Origin: Candidatus Poseidoniales archaeon
Lineage (GTDB): Archaea > Thermoplasmatota > Poseidoniia > Poseidoniales > Thalassarchaeaceae
Length of the DNA: 64,000 nucleotides
NCBI GenBank assembly: GCA_012960975.1
Contig: DUAE01000039.1
Span: forward strand, 13,437 to 77,436
Reading direction: 5' to 3'
In this document: positions 52,540 through 61,440 of the stretch, in pieces
How the letters are laid out: the number at the start of each line of letters is the position of its first letter
Numbering within the stretch: position 1 is the stretch's first letter
Translations under genes and position numbers: made by a program
Notes under the pieces: model-generated
What the model saw: only the letters and a program-made list of their open reading frames with translations
The model's database searches: none
What the model was told of the DNA's origin: nothing

Positions 52540-53574
52540 TCAAAGACCTGAATCGCGTAATTTTTTTAATACGGCACGCTGAGCTTTTGTCAGTTTTTCT
52601 GGCTCAGATAAGACGAATTCGATGTCGAGTGGCCCACCGTCGTGACCATGCCCTTGCAATCGGCGGCGGTCACCAATTCGAGTGCCCTCAGGGACTTCGA
52701 TTTGCACTCGTTTTCCAGTCGGAGTCATGATGCGAACATTTCCGCCTAGTTGCATCATTGTGAACGGAATTTGAACTTCTTGAACGAGGCGGCCATCCTC
52801 CCATCGACGACCTTCTTCTGCATCTAATCGAATCTTGATTAGAAGATCCCCAGGCTCACCGGATGGGTGTTCATGACCCATTTTCTTCAATCGCATTTGT
52901 TGGCCATGTGTAGCACCGGATGGAACCTTGACTGTGATAGTCGATGTCTTCGAACTTACTCCAATCCCATTACAGATTATGCAACCTTTTGCACTACCAA
53001 ATGATTCACCATTACATTTGCTACATTTTCGTAATCGACGATGACTAAATTTCACTTCAGTGCCATTCAATGCATCGATTAGACCGATATCCAAGCCAGA
53101 TTCGATATCTGCTCCACGAAGGGATTCAGCAGCCTCATGACCGGCTTGTTGACCAGCGGTTTGGCCACGCCGTCCTCGTTGGTTCTGCCTGCCACCTGTA
53201 ACATTTTGATCGAATCCAAATCCAGCAGATCCTGAAGGTGCGCCACCGCGTGAGCCCATGAATTGAGAAAAAATATCTGACAGATCAATGCCGCCGCCGC
53301 CAATTCCTCCTCCACCAAATGGATTGCCGCCGAAAGGTCGACTACCTCTGAACATATTTTGCATACGTTTCTCTTCGTCAAATTTCTTGCGCGCCTCAGC
53401 CGAGCCTACCTGTTCGTGAGCGGCTTGAATCGCTTTGAATCGCTCTTCTGCAGCAGCATCTCCAGGGTTACGATCTGGATGATGCTGGCGAGCTAACTTG
53501 CGATAAGCACGCTTGATTTCAGCATCAGTAGCATCCTTCCCGACGCCTAAAATTTGGTACGGGTCATCGGACAT
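52540..53574 (-). CDS. dnaJ: DnaJ-like co-chaperone (J domain, G/F region, single zinc centre, C-terminal substrate-binding domains)
   Basis: J domain DPYQILGVGKDATDAEIKRAYRKLARQHHPDRNPGD. Gly/Phe-rich linker. Only two CxxCxGxG-type repeats (CSKCNGES, CIICNGIG). Confidence 0.85.
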   Translation of the reverse strand: MSDDPYQILGVGKDATDAEIKRAYRKLARQHHPDRNPGDAAAEERFKAIQAAHEQVGSAEARKKFDEEKRMQNMFRGSRPFGGNPFGGGGIGGGGIDLSDIFSQFMGSRGGAPSGSAGFGFDQNVTGGRQNQRGRRGQTAGQQAGHEAAESLRGADIESGLDIGLIDALNGTEVKFSHRRLRKCSKCNGESFGSAKGCIICNGIGVSSKTSTITVKVPSGATHGQQMRLKKMGHEHPSGEPGDLLIKIRLDAEEGRRWEDGRLVQEVQIPFTMMQLGGNVRIMTPTGKRVQIEVPEGTRIGDRRRLQGHGHDGGPLDIEFVLSEPEKLTKAQRAVLKKLRDSGL

Positions 53575-53662
53575 TAGCCATTGTCGGGAAGCCGAGATTA
53601 TTCAACTCTCGGAATGAAATCACTAAAATTTTCAGAAGAAATGTCAAATTGAGAGAAATGAA

Positions 53663-54301
53663 TTGCGATTAAGTCAAGATATTGAGCACGTTCGCGAAAG
53701 CATGGGATTGGGTTGGTGTTGTTTTCGAAACTATGTCGCACACGCAAAAGAGATTGGTGGGGATATCTCGGAATACCCTCGTTTTTTCCTCAAACCTGCC
53801 AGCTCACACGTTGAAGCGGATGAGAATGGAAACAATGTAATCGAATTATTACGAGGCGATGAACATATCGACCATGAAGTCGAATTGGTAGTTCGCCTCG
53901 ATAATAACTTGCAGCCAGAAGCGATGTGCATCGGCTGTGACACAACGAACAGAACTAGGCAAACCCACGCAAAAGGCAAGGGATGGCCGTGGACAGAAGG
54001 CAAGGCATTCAGAGGTAGTGGGGTGCTCGGAACTTGGACGCAATACGACGAATCTGCTGTACAATTGACACTTTCAGTGAATGGCGAAATAAGACAAAAT
54101 GACTCAACAAAATTGATGATTCACTCAGTTGCAGAGATTATAGAATTTCTCAAAGAATGGTATGACCTCAGTCCAGGTGACTTAATTTGGACAGGCACAC
54201 CAAAAGGAGTTGGCCCGATGAAAATTGGCGATGAAGTGAAAGCAGAAATGCGAAATTCAGGCGGCGAAATTATCAGTAAATTTTACGCCATCTGCCAATA
54301 A
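53663..54301 (+). CDS. Fumarylacetoacetate hydrolase (FAH) family protein
   Basis: CFRNYVAHAKE, DHEVELVV and the C-terminal LSPGDLIWTGTPKGVGPMKIGDEV signature. The track start is a TTG, and ATG 53702 is an alternative. Confidence 0.8.
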   Translation: MRLSQDIEHVRESMGLGWCCFRNYVAHAKEIGGDISEYPRFFLKPASSHVEADENGNNVIELLRGDEHIDHEVELVVRLDNNLQPEAMCIGCDTTNRTRQTHAKGKGWPWTEGKAFRGSGVLGTWTQYDESAVQLTLSVNGEIRQNDSTKLMIHSVAEIIEFLKEWYDLSPGDLIWTGTPKGVGPMKIGDEVKAEMRNSGGEIISKFYAICQ

Positions 54302-54356
54302 TAACAACAGGAATTATTGGGACGTATTCAAAAAGGACACCACGAACGCCGAGTCG

Positions 54357-55046
54357 ATGAAGACCGATTTTGAGTTCAGTCCAAGTTTTACAATGATGAC
54401 CGCCCACCTAGCTCCTGGCGAGCAAATGAAGGTGGAACCAGGAGCTATGGTGGCTCAATCACCAAGCGTTAACATGAAGTCCGGGATGTCCGGCGGATTG
54501 ATGAAGGGATTATTCAAATCAATGGTTGGTGGAGAGTCATTCATTTTGAATACATTCACCGCTGATAATTCAGGCGGCTGGGTGTCAATCTCACCGGGCA
54601 CACCAGGCGACATCAAGTCATTCGACCTCGCCCCGGGTCAGAATCTATTCATGCAGGGAGGAGCATTCATCGCTTCGACTGCAAATGTTGAAACCGACAC
54701 AAAATTCCAAGGAATGAAGGGAATGTTTTCCGGAGAAAGCGCATTCTTCCTCAAGGCTAGCACTACCGGAGGAAATGGCACAGTATTCTACACCGCATAC
54801 GGTGCAATCAAGGAAATCGATGTTACACCTGAAAATCCAGTTATTGTCGACACCGGTCATGTTGTTGCATTCAGCGACAACGTCGGTTACAAAATCGGCA
54901 AAGTCGGTGGATTAGGATCTTCATTAGTCGGTGGAGAAGGCCTCGTAATGAACTTCAGCGGCAACGGAAAAGTTTGGATTCAAACTCGAAATATGCAATC
55001 TCTTGCAGCCAAGTTGATACCATTCTTCCCCACTCGGTCTAATTAA
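54357..55046 (+). CDS. TIGR00266/AIM24 (DUF124) family protein
   Basis: 229 aa. ...MKVEPGAMVAQS...SF.LNTFTA..GGWVSISPG.PGDI...L....L.MQGGAF.A... is the typical pattern of this family. Confidence 0.7.
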   Translation: MKTDFEFSPSFTMMTAHLAPGEQMKVEPGAMVAQSPSVNMKSGMSGGLMKGLFKSMVGGESFILNTFTADNSGGWVSISPGTPGDIKSFDLAPGQNLFMQGGAFIASTANVETDTKFQGMKGMFSGESAFFLKASTTGGNGTVFYTAYGAIKEIDVTPENPVIVDTGHVVAFSDNVGYKIGKVGGLGSSLVGGEGLVMNFSGNGKVWIQTRNMQSLAAKLIPFFPTRSN

Positions 55047-56065
55047 TGATGTACACGCGAAAATCTATTGCAGCGGCTCTGTTGCTACTGTTAATCGTAG
55101 CACCACTCTCAGGCTGCTTCGGTGGCACGAGTGACTCAGACTGCGCCGAAACGGGATATTGGATAGATATCTCGGTGGATTCACCTTACCCTGGACTTGC
55201 CTGTGAATCAGGCCCTTCCAAGACACTTGCAATGACCATTTTCGTCTACAGAGATAACGATGGAGTCGAGTGGCTCATCAACGAAACTTCGATTGACACC
55301 GGAATAGTACTCATCAACTCGATTTACAATCCATCAGGAATCCACTTTGTTCTCGATGAGATAATCTGGATTGATGAAGCATTTCCAGATGTCCAAGACA
55401 ATGATGATGGGGAAGAGAGCGAGAAACCAAGTCAACTGAACAATTCGGGGGAAAACGGAGCGGATTTCGGTGACCAAGTCCAAATCTCACAACTCGGTGA
55501 GGAATTCACTCAGAATTATAATCCAGCCAATGTCAACATCGTTATGCAAAGCACTGGCTGGGGTGCTTACAGCATGTTCCCGTGGTATACCCGGGAGTAC
55601 TACTTCAGTATGGTGCGCGCTTCGACATTCGCAACAAGCCCTGTTCCGAGCCACGAACTAGGGCACTTTCTCGGGCTCTACCACACTCACCAGTTCCATG
55701 ATGACCCAAATTCAGATTCGGACCTCGCACTAGCCTTCGTTTGGGCGCAGGACTGGGTTGAACCAACCGAACAATGCTTCCGAACTGGCGATTTCATTTG
55801 TGAGACACCTTACGATTGTTACATCTGGTGCGAGGAGGTCATCAATTGTACCGCCAACGCCTACGAGAGCGACAGGCCGGATCAAGAACCAAGTGAATTT
55901 GAAAACTGCACTGAGGAGCAACATAATCCTTCACACGTCAATCTGATGAGTCGCTACGGGGATCGCAGTGAAATTACAGTAGATCAGGGGGCACGAGCCC
56001 GTTACTTCATCTTGTATATGGTCGAGAACGAACGTGATGGAAACCAACTCGTTCTTGTTGAATGA
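55046..56065 (+). CDS. Secreted (lipobox-like) zinc metalloprotease, M43/pappalysin-like
   Basis: The signal peptide ends LSGCFGG. Zinc motif HELGHFLGLYHTH (HExxHxxGxxH). Cys-rich C-terminal part. The ATG overlaps the upstream TAA (TAATG). Confidence 0.72.
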   Translation: MMYTRKSIAAALLLLLIVAPLSGCFGGTSDSDCAETGYWIDISVDSPYPGLACESGPSKTLAMTIFVYRDNDGVEWLINETSIDTGIVLINSIYNPSGIHFVLDEIIWIDEAFPDVQDNDDGEESEKPSQLNNSGENGADFGDQVQISQLGEEFTQNYNPANVNIVMQSTGWGAYSMFPWYTREYYFSMVRASTFATSPVPSHELGHFLGLYHTHQFHDDPNSDSDLALAFVWAQDWVEPTEQCFRTGDFICETPYDCYIWCEEVINCTANAYESDRPDQEPSEFENCTEEQHNPSHVNLMSRYGDRSEITVDQGARARYFILYMVENERDGNQLVLVE

Positions 56066-56092
56066 ACCTCTCGCACGGCTCGGAGGTATCGA

Positions 56093-57370
56093 ATGTCCGG
56101 TGCGCAGCAAGCAGGTGAGATGGGTGCGCGCCGCATTACCAACACTTGGCTGATCGACCACGATGGGCAAATCCAGCACGGTGATTTCATCCTCAACGCA
56201 GACGGCTCGTATGCGACTAGCAAAGGCGACGAAGATGTTTTGGAAATTATTGACGGTACCGACCGACTAATCACCCGCTCATTCCAGAACTGGCACACCC
56301 ACCTTGCGATGATTCTCAATCGTGGAATGGGTGAAGGTCTGCCATTGATGGAATGGCTTGAATCAGCAATTTTTCCAGTCGAAACTCGACTAAAACCCCA
56401 ACTCATCGAAATCGGCACGCGTGCAGCGGCAGCAGAAATGATAGCGACAGGAACTACATTCGCCTGTGACATGTATTTCCACACTGGAACAATTGGACAT
56501 ACACTAGCTGAAACGGGTGTCAGAGCAATTCTCTGTGGCCCGATTACAGACGGACTCACACCAAACTTCGCGCCCGGTTCAGGCGATGCTTTACGACACA
56601 TGGAGAATCTTATTTCCAACCCTTCCCCACGACCCGGGCGCATTGAGTACGGGGTGGGAACACATTCGGTTTACGTGTGTGACGAGGAGATTTTACTCAA
56701 GGGTTCAGAACTTGCTAAAAAAACTGGGGCTATGCTTCATATTCATACTTCTGAGACAAGGAAGGAGGTTGCGGATTGCCACGCAGAGACGGGGATGTAT
56801 CCTGTCGAATACCTCGATTCACTCAATTATTTCACCGATGGAACCACCGTTTGTGCGCACTGTGGATGGTTGACCAAACGCGAGATGAGAATACTCGCTG
56901 GCCACGATGCACACGCGGTTCACTGCCCTACCTCAAACCAGAAACTCGCCTGCGGAGGGACAATGTCCTATCCAGCGATGAAGGATGCTGCAGTCGATGT
57001 GAGGTTGGGAACAGATGGTTCGGCGAGCAATAACTCGCTCGACATGCGAGCCGAGGCAAAAAATGCAAGCTTGATTCAAAAACACGATCATTGGAATGCG
57101 AGAGTATTGGATCCAATTGCGACTTGGCAATTGGCGACAAAGGAGTCCAAAGATTGGGTGACTTGGGATTTAGATGATATTCGTATGAAACCTGTTGGCA
57201 GAAATGGACGCCGCCTATTGGCAAATGTGCTGTATTCAGGCGGGCGTGTGATGGATGTTTTTGTCGAGGGTGAGGCGTTGCGACGGAATGGTAGGACATT
57301 GACAGTTGATGAGCGGGCGGCTGGAGAAGCACTCGATGAGGCAGTCATTGATTACTACGCTGACCTCTGA
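56093..57370 (+). CDS. Amidohydrolase-superfamily nucleoside/nucleobase deaminase (MtaD/SAH deaminase-like)
   Basis: Metal ligands FQNWHTHLAM and LHIHTSET, then AHC.W, and GTDGSASNNSLDM. Confidence 0.82.
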   Translation: MSGAQQAGEMGARRITNTWLIDHDGQIQHGDFILNADGSYATSKGDEDVLEIIDGTDRLITRSFQNWHTHLAMILNRGMGEGLPLMEWLESAIFPVETRLKPQLIEIGTRAAAAEMIATGTTFACDMYFHTGTIGHTLAETGVRAILCGPITDGLTPNFAPGSGDALRHMENLISNPSPRPGRIEYGVGTHSVYVCDEEILLKGSELAKKTGAMLHIHTSETRKEVADCHAETGMYPVEYLDSLNYFTDGTTVCAHCGWLTKREMRILAGHDAHAVHCPTSNQKLACGGTMSYPAMKDAAVDVRLGTDGSASNNSLDMRAEAKNASLIQKHDHWNARVLDPIATWQLATKESKDWVTWDLDDIRMKPVGRNGRRLLANVLYSGGRVMDVFVEGEALRRNGRTLTVDERAAGEALDEAVIDYYADL

Positions 57371-57441
57371 ATCAAAGGGTAGGGAATGAGTCACTCACGT
57401 CGAGTCGCAACTAGAGAGGGTCCAAGTGCTGCGGTGATGAT

Positions 57442-58569
57442 TTAAGGGTGAAAGAGGAAAGCCGCACCAAGGATGGCGTAAGCACCCAGAAGCATAGCTC
57501 CCTCAAGCCAATTGGATTTACCATCCGCAGCAATCAAATTAACTATCATCACAGCGAGAAACACAGACACTGTCTCAAGTTTCCCGAATTCAAAAGTTAG
57601 AGGCACCCCCAACGCCCACGCAATCAATACCATCAATGGAGCGACGAATACTGCAATCTGCGTCGAGGAGCCGATCGCAATTGCGAATGAGAGATCCATC
57701 TTGTCTTTGGCTGCCACCGACACGGCGGTGAAGTGTTCAGCAGCATTACCGAATAATGGCAAAAGAATCACTCCGATGAAAAGGTGTGGTAAGCCAACAT
57801 CATCAGCAGCAAATTCCACCGAACGCACGAGAATCTCAGCCATCCAAGAAACCATAATTGTTGCCAATACCAATAATAGAATTGCATTACGTTGAGTCAT
57901 CACAGGCTCTTCACTATGCTGACCTTCGGTGGCGAACAAATGTACGTGAGTCTTGAATTGAAATAATAAAAATAAACCATAAAGTGCCAAGAGAATCACT
58001 GCTGCAATATGACTGAGATTTTCAACGCCAGCATTGCCTGCATCCCCTCCAACCGCCGAGTGGAAGACTGTAGGGACAACGAGGACCATCACAGCGAGGA
58101 GGAGAAGGGAGCCGTTGGCGCTGACTTGGGTCTCGGAGAATTCCTGTTCTTGAAAGCGGATACCTCCCCACACGAAAGAAAGACCCATTACCAGTAATAA
58201 ATTCCCCAAAATACTGCCAATCAGACTAGCTTGCACCAGATGCACCATCATATACGCAGTCTCACTACCAATACCGACTTTGTAGGCTGTCCAAATCGCG
58301 AGGAAAGCGATTATCATCTCAGCAGCATTTCCGAAGGTGGCATTGAGGAGGCCCCCTAGAGACTCAGATGTCCGCAGAGCTATTTCCTCGGTTGCTCGTC
58401 CCATCAAGAAAGCTAGCGGCATTATGGCTACCATCGAGGTGAAGAAAGCCATAGTTGGATTATCTGCAAGGTATGCATAGTAGCAGGCGATAGGTACCGC
58501 AAGCAGAAGTAAATTGAGTTTTGTTTCCCGTGGATCTATGGCCTTCATCAGGCTGACACTCTCGTCCAT
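57442..58569 (-). CDS. Ca2+/H+ antiporter (CaCA/CAX family)
   Basis: Two alpha-repeat signatures, GNAAEMIIAF and GNAAEHFTAV. About 11 TM segments. Confidence 0.88.
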   Translation of the reverse strand: MDESVSLMKAIDPRETKLNLLLLAVPIACYYAYLADNPTMAFFTSMVAIMPLAFLMGRATEEIALRTSESLGGLLNATFGNAAEMIIAFLAIWTAYKVGIGSETAYMMVHLVQASLIGSILGNLLLVMGLSFVWGGIRFQEQEFSETQVSANGSLLLLAVMVLVVPTVFHSAVGGDAGNAGVENLSHIAAVILLALYGLFLLFQFKTHVHLFATEGQHSEEPVMTQRNAILLLVLATIMVSWMAEILVRSVEFAADDVGLPHLFIGVILLPLFGNAAEHFTAVSVAAKDKMDLSFAIAIGSSTQIAVFVAPLMVLIAWALGVPLTFEFGKLETVSVFLAVMIVNLIAADGKSNWLEGAMLLGAYAILGAAFLFHP

Positions 58570-58624
58570 GCCCCTGCGCCTGCACCATTATGGGTCAATG
58601 TTGCGCCTGCCTCTCGATGCGTTC

Positions 58625-59194
58625 ATGGCTTCCTCCACTCGCCCAAGACTCGTGGAGAACACCTTCCGACTGGCTCTGACCGGCACTCCCGGCACTGGCA
58701 AGACCACTATTGCAGCACTGCTTTCCAAAGAGGGTTTTGTGATTGTTACAATTGAAGAATTGGCTGAAATCGCTGGCGCTCTGGGCGAGGTTGATCCCGC
58801 GGATAATGCTCACCCGGTAGACCTCGATTTACTTTGTGACTATCTCGCTGAAACATGGGAATCGGCTCCTTCCTCACCGATATTGATTGATGGACACCTT
58901 TCGCACCATCTCCCCGCTGACGCTGTCGTGGTGCTCCGCTGCGACCCAGAAACCCTGCGCGGACGCCTTGAGAATCGTGGTTATTCTGCGGCAAAAACCG
59001 AAGGGAATCTCGAATGGGAATTGCTTGGTGGTGCGTGGAACGAGCGTGAGGGTAAGGCACCATGGGTCGAATTTGATACTAGTGATGAGAGTGCTGAAGC
59101 AATTGTTGCTGATATTTCCAAATGGATTTCAGATGGCTTCAAACCGGCCGGCCCTGAGGCTGAGATAGATTGGATAGCGAGGATGGATGACTAA
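58625..59194 (+). CDS. Adenylate kinase isoenzyme 6-like NTPase (Fap7/AK6 homologue)
   Basis: P-loop LTGTPGTGKTT, IDGHLSH and VVLRCDPETLRGRLENRGY. I chose ATG 58625 because earlier in-frame starts overlap the divergent CAX gene. Confidence 0.75.
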   Translation: MASSTRPRLVENTFRLALTGTPGTGKTTIAALLSKEGFVIVTIEELAEIAGALGEVDPADNAHPVDLDLLCDYLAETWESAPSSPILIDGHLSHHLPADAVVVLRCDPETLRGRLENRGYSAAKTEGNLEWELLGGAWNEREGKAPWVEFDTSDESAEAIVADISKWISDGFKPAGPEAEIDWIARMDD

Positions 59195-59871
59195 TGTTCG
59201 AGAAAATGCGAGATACCTGGACAAAAGCCATTCAACCCCTCGTCGTACGGATGGGAGACCTCGACCCGAGTGTTCTGACATGGACTTCACTGGTGATCTC
59301 TCTTGCTGCGTTTTACTTGCTTGCCATCGCCGGCTTGGACAGCACCGGATCGATGATGATCATCGGTGCTGTTATCCTCGTTTTGGTAGCAGGTGTGCTC
59401 GATGCTATGGATGGGGCTTTGGCCCGCCACCAAGGCACTGCGGGGCCTTATGGCGACTTTTTGGACCATTCGATTGATAGGATTGTCGACATCGGGCTTA
59501 TCGTTGCTATTGGCTATAATACTGCATTTGTAATCGATCCAATAGCCGGTTATGCTGCTGCTTTGCTAACCTTACTTGGATCATATATGGGGACTCAAGC
59601 ACAGTCGGTTGGCTTGGGTAGATTGTATGGTGGATTTAGCCGAGCCGACCGTCTGGTTATCACCTTGGCTGGATTGCTTTGGGCTGCTTATCAAGCAGGA
59701 ACCGGTAGCGCAGGAATTGATATTTCTGGTATTCATGAATATGCGAATTGCGCTCTTCTGGGTAATGCTGAATTGAATGGCATGACACTTGCTTTAGCTG
59801 TTTCATTTTGGGGTGGAATCTACACATTCCTTGTACGTTTTATCGAAACTCGCAAGCGCCTCTTGGCTTGA
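59194..59871 (+). CDS. CDP-alcohol phosphatidyltransferase family protein (archaeal lipid head-group synthase)
   Basis: The signature DAMDGALARHQGTAGPYGDFLDHSIDRIVD matches D(x)2DG(x)2AR(x)8G(x)3D(x)3D. Multi-TM. The ATG overlaps the upstream TAA. Confidence 0.88.
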   Translation: MFEKMRDTWTKAIQPLVVRMGDLDPSVLTWTSLVISLAAFYLLAIAGLDSTGSMMIIGAVILVLVAGVLDAMDGALARHQGTAGPYGDFLDHSIDRIVDIGLIVAIGYNTAFVIDPIAGYAAALLTLLGSYMGTQAQSVGLGRLYGGFSRADRLVITLAGLLWAAYQAGTGSAGIDISGIHEYANCALLGNAELNGMTLALAVSFWGGIYTFLVRFIETRKRLLA

Positions 59872-59888
59872 TAATGGACTATCTAAAA

Positions 59889-59905
59889 TGAGCCCTTAGG
59901 GCTCA
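59889..59905 (+). repeat. Perfect hairpin TGAGCCC-tta-GGGCTCA (CCCTTAGGG-core palindrome)
   Basis: 7-bp stem with a 3-nt loop, 18 nt downstream of the CDP-alcohol transferase stop and 46 nt upstream of ftsZ2. Confidence 0.55.
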
Positions 59906-59951
59906 ATTCAAAGGGGAAGCATTATGCTTGTTTTAGAGCGCGAGAGAGATT

Positions 59952-61070
59952 GTGAAGCATCTGATTGACCGTGTTTTAGAATTACAGGATGACGAAGGGC
60001 TGCCTTCTGCTCCGGTCAAAACAGAAAATGATTCGGAATTAGCCACCTTACTTTCTAGTCTTCAACCACGCATTCGTGTATATGGATGTGGAGGATGTGG
60101 TTCAAACACCGTTGCTCGATTAGAACACGAGGGACTTTTCGATCAAACCTATGTTCGTGGCATGGCGATTAATACCGACGCACAGCATTTGCTCCGTGTT
60201 GGTGTCGAAAATAAAATTCTAATCGGAAGATCTGCACGTGGCCGTGGTGCTGGCGGTGATCCCGAGAAGGGAGAACAGGCTGCTTTCGAATCTGAGCGTG
60301 CGCTGAAAGCTGAAGTTGAAAATTGTGATTTAGCTTTCATTACCGCTGGGCTTGGTGGAGGAACTGGAACCGGTTCCGCTCATGTTATCGCTAGGCTTGC
60401 AAAGTCTGCTGGCGCACTGACTATCGCTGTTGTTTCTTTTCCATTCCTTTCTGAAGGCGCTCTTCGCCGTCAGAATGCTGAGTGGGGGCTTGAGCGCCTT
60501 CGCGAGATTTGTGATACGGTTATTGTTTTACCGAACGAGCGCCTGCTAGAGGTTGATGGTGTTCGAGATTTACCTCTCGATGCAGCTTTCCGAGTGGCTG
60601 ATGAATTGATAATGCGCTCGATTAAGGGCGTATCCGAAATGATTGCGAAAGAAGGAATTGTCAATCTTGACTTCCAAGATTTGCGCGCCGTTATGGAAAA
60701 TGGTGGCGGAGTTGCGATGATTGGACTTGGCGAAGCGAGTGGGTCTAATCAAGCGGCTGAGGCAACAAAAGAGGCGCTGTACTCACCTCTCCTAGACCTC
60801 GACATTTCCGATGCGCGGGGCGCTCTCATCAATGTCGTTGGTGGACCGGGCCTTTCACTTGGTGATACCGAGGCTTGTGCAAAGATTATTCGCGACCAAA
60901 TCAATCCTTACGCTCGCATCATTTTAGGCGCTACGACAGACCCTACAATGGGTGATGAAATCCGCGTGCTGCTCGTCTTAACCGGTGTTAAGTCTGATCA
61001 GATTCATGGTGCTGCATTACACACTCAAATGCGCAATCTGCGCACTCGAACAGTTGAATTCATCAATTGA
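59952..61070 (+). CDS. ftsZ: Cell division GTPase FtsZ (paralogue 2)
   Basis: GCGGCGSNTVARL, GLGGGTGTGSAHVIARLAK, NTDAQHL and DFQDL motifs. GTG start. It lies upstream of secE-spt5, as in many archaea. Confidence 0.92.
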   Translation: MKHLIDRVLELQDDEGLPSAPVKTENDSELATLLSSLQPRIRVYGCGGCGSNTVARLEHEGLFDQTYVRGMAINTDAQHLLRVGVENKILIGRSARGRGAGGDPEKGEQAAFESERALKAEVENCDLAFITAGLGGGTGTGSAHVIARLAKSAGALTIAVVSFPFLSEGALRRQNAEWGLERLREICDTVIVLPNERLLEVDGVRDLPLDAAFRVADELIMRSIKGVSEMIAKEGIVNLDFQDLRAVMENGGGVAMIGLGEASGSNQAAEATKEALYSPLLDLDISDARGALINVVGGPGLSLGDTEACAKIIRDQINPYARIILGATTDPTMGDEIRVLLVLTGVKSDQIHGAALHTQMRNLRTRTVEFIN

Positions 61071-61164
61071 GTTTAGCCAAACCATTCATTTTGCAAACCC
61101 TTTGGGTTTTCCCGGCGTGCTTAAAGAGGGATGGTTGGTCGCCGGGTCGCTAAGAGGGTCAGTT

Positions 61165-61431
61165 ATGTCTATCGAGAACTCAAACACAAGTCCCATCGAG
61201 GATAAAGTTCAGGGTTGGCAAGATAATATTGAGGCTCGAATTCGTGGAATCCAAACCAGTCCTTACGCACGAATTTTGAAAATGGCCCGTAAACCTTCCA
61301 AGGAAGAATTCCGCCAGACTGTAATCGTTTGCGGAATTGGAATGTTCATTCTCGGAGGAATCGGTTTCGGAATGCTATATTTGATGGATAATTTGCTTCC
61401 ATCATTCTTCGCTTGGCTTATCGGTGCATGA
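61165..61431 (+). CDS. secE: Protein translocase subunit SecE (Sec61 gamma)
   Basis: 88 aa from ATG 61165 (AGAGGG SD). ...ILKMARKPSKEEFRQTVIVCGIGMFILGGIGFGMLYLM is the SecE amphipathic helix plus TM pattern. The position between ftsZ and spt5 is conserved. Confidence 0.85.
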   Translation: MSIENSNTSPIEDKVQGWQDNIEARIRGIQTSPYARILKMARKPSKEEFRQTVIVCGIGMFILGGIGFGMLYLMDNLLPSFFAWLIGA

Positions 61432-61440
61432 GGTGAAAAA

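Noticed and set aside
56002-56643. 213-aa minus-strand ORF spanning the M43 protease end and the amidohydrolase start
   Set aside because: It is antisense to two genes with clear catalytic motifs. Its composition is Arg/Ser/Pro-rich, and it would need to overlap both neighbours.
60985-61164. Upstream 60 codons of the 148-aa ORF containing secE
   Set aside because: This extension overlaps the ftsZ2 3' end. The SecE-like sequence starts at ATG 61165, which has its own SD.
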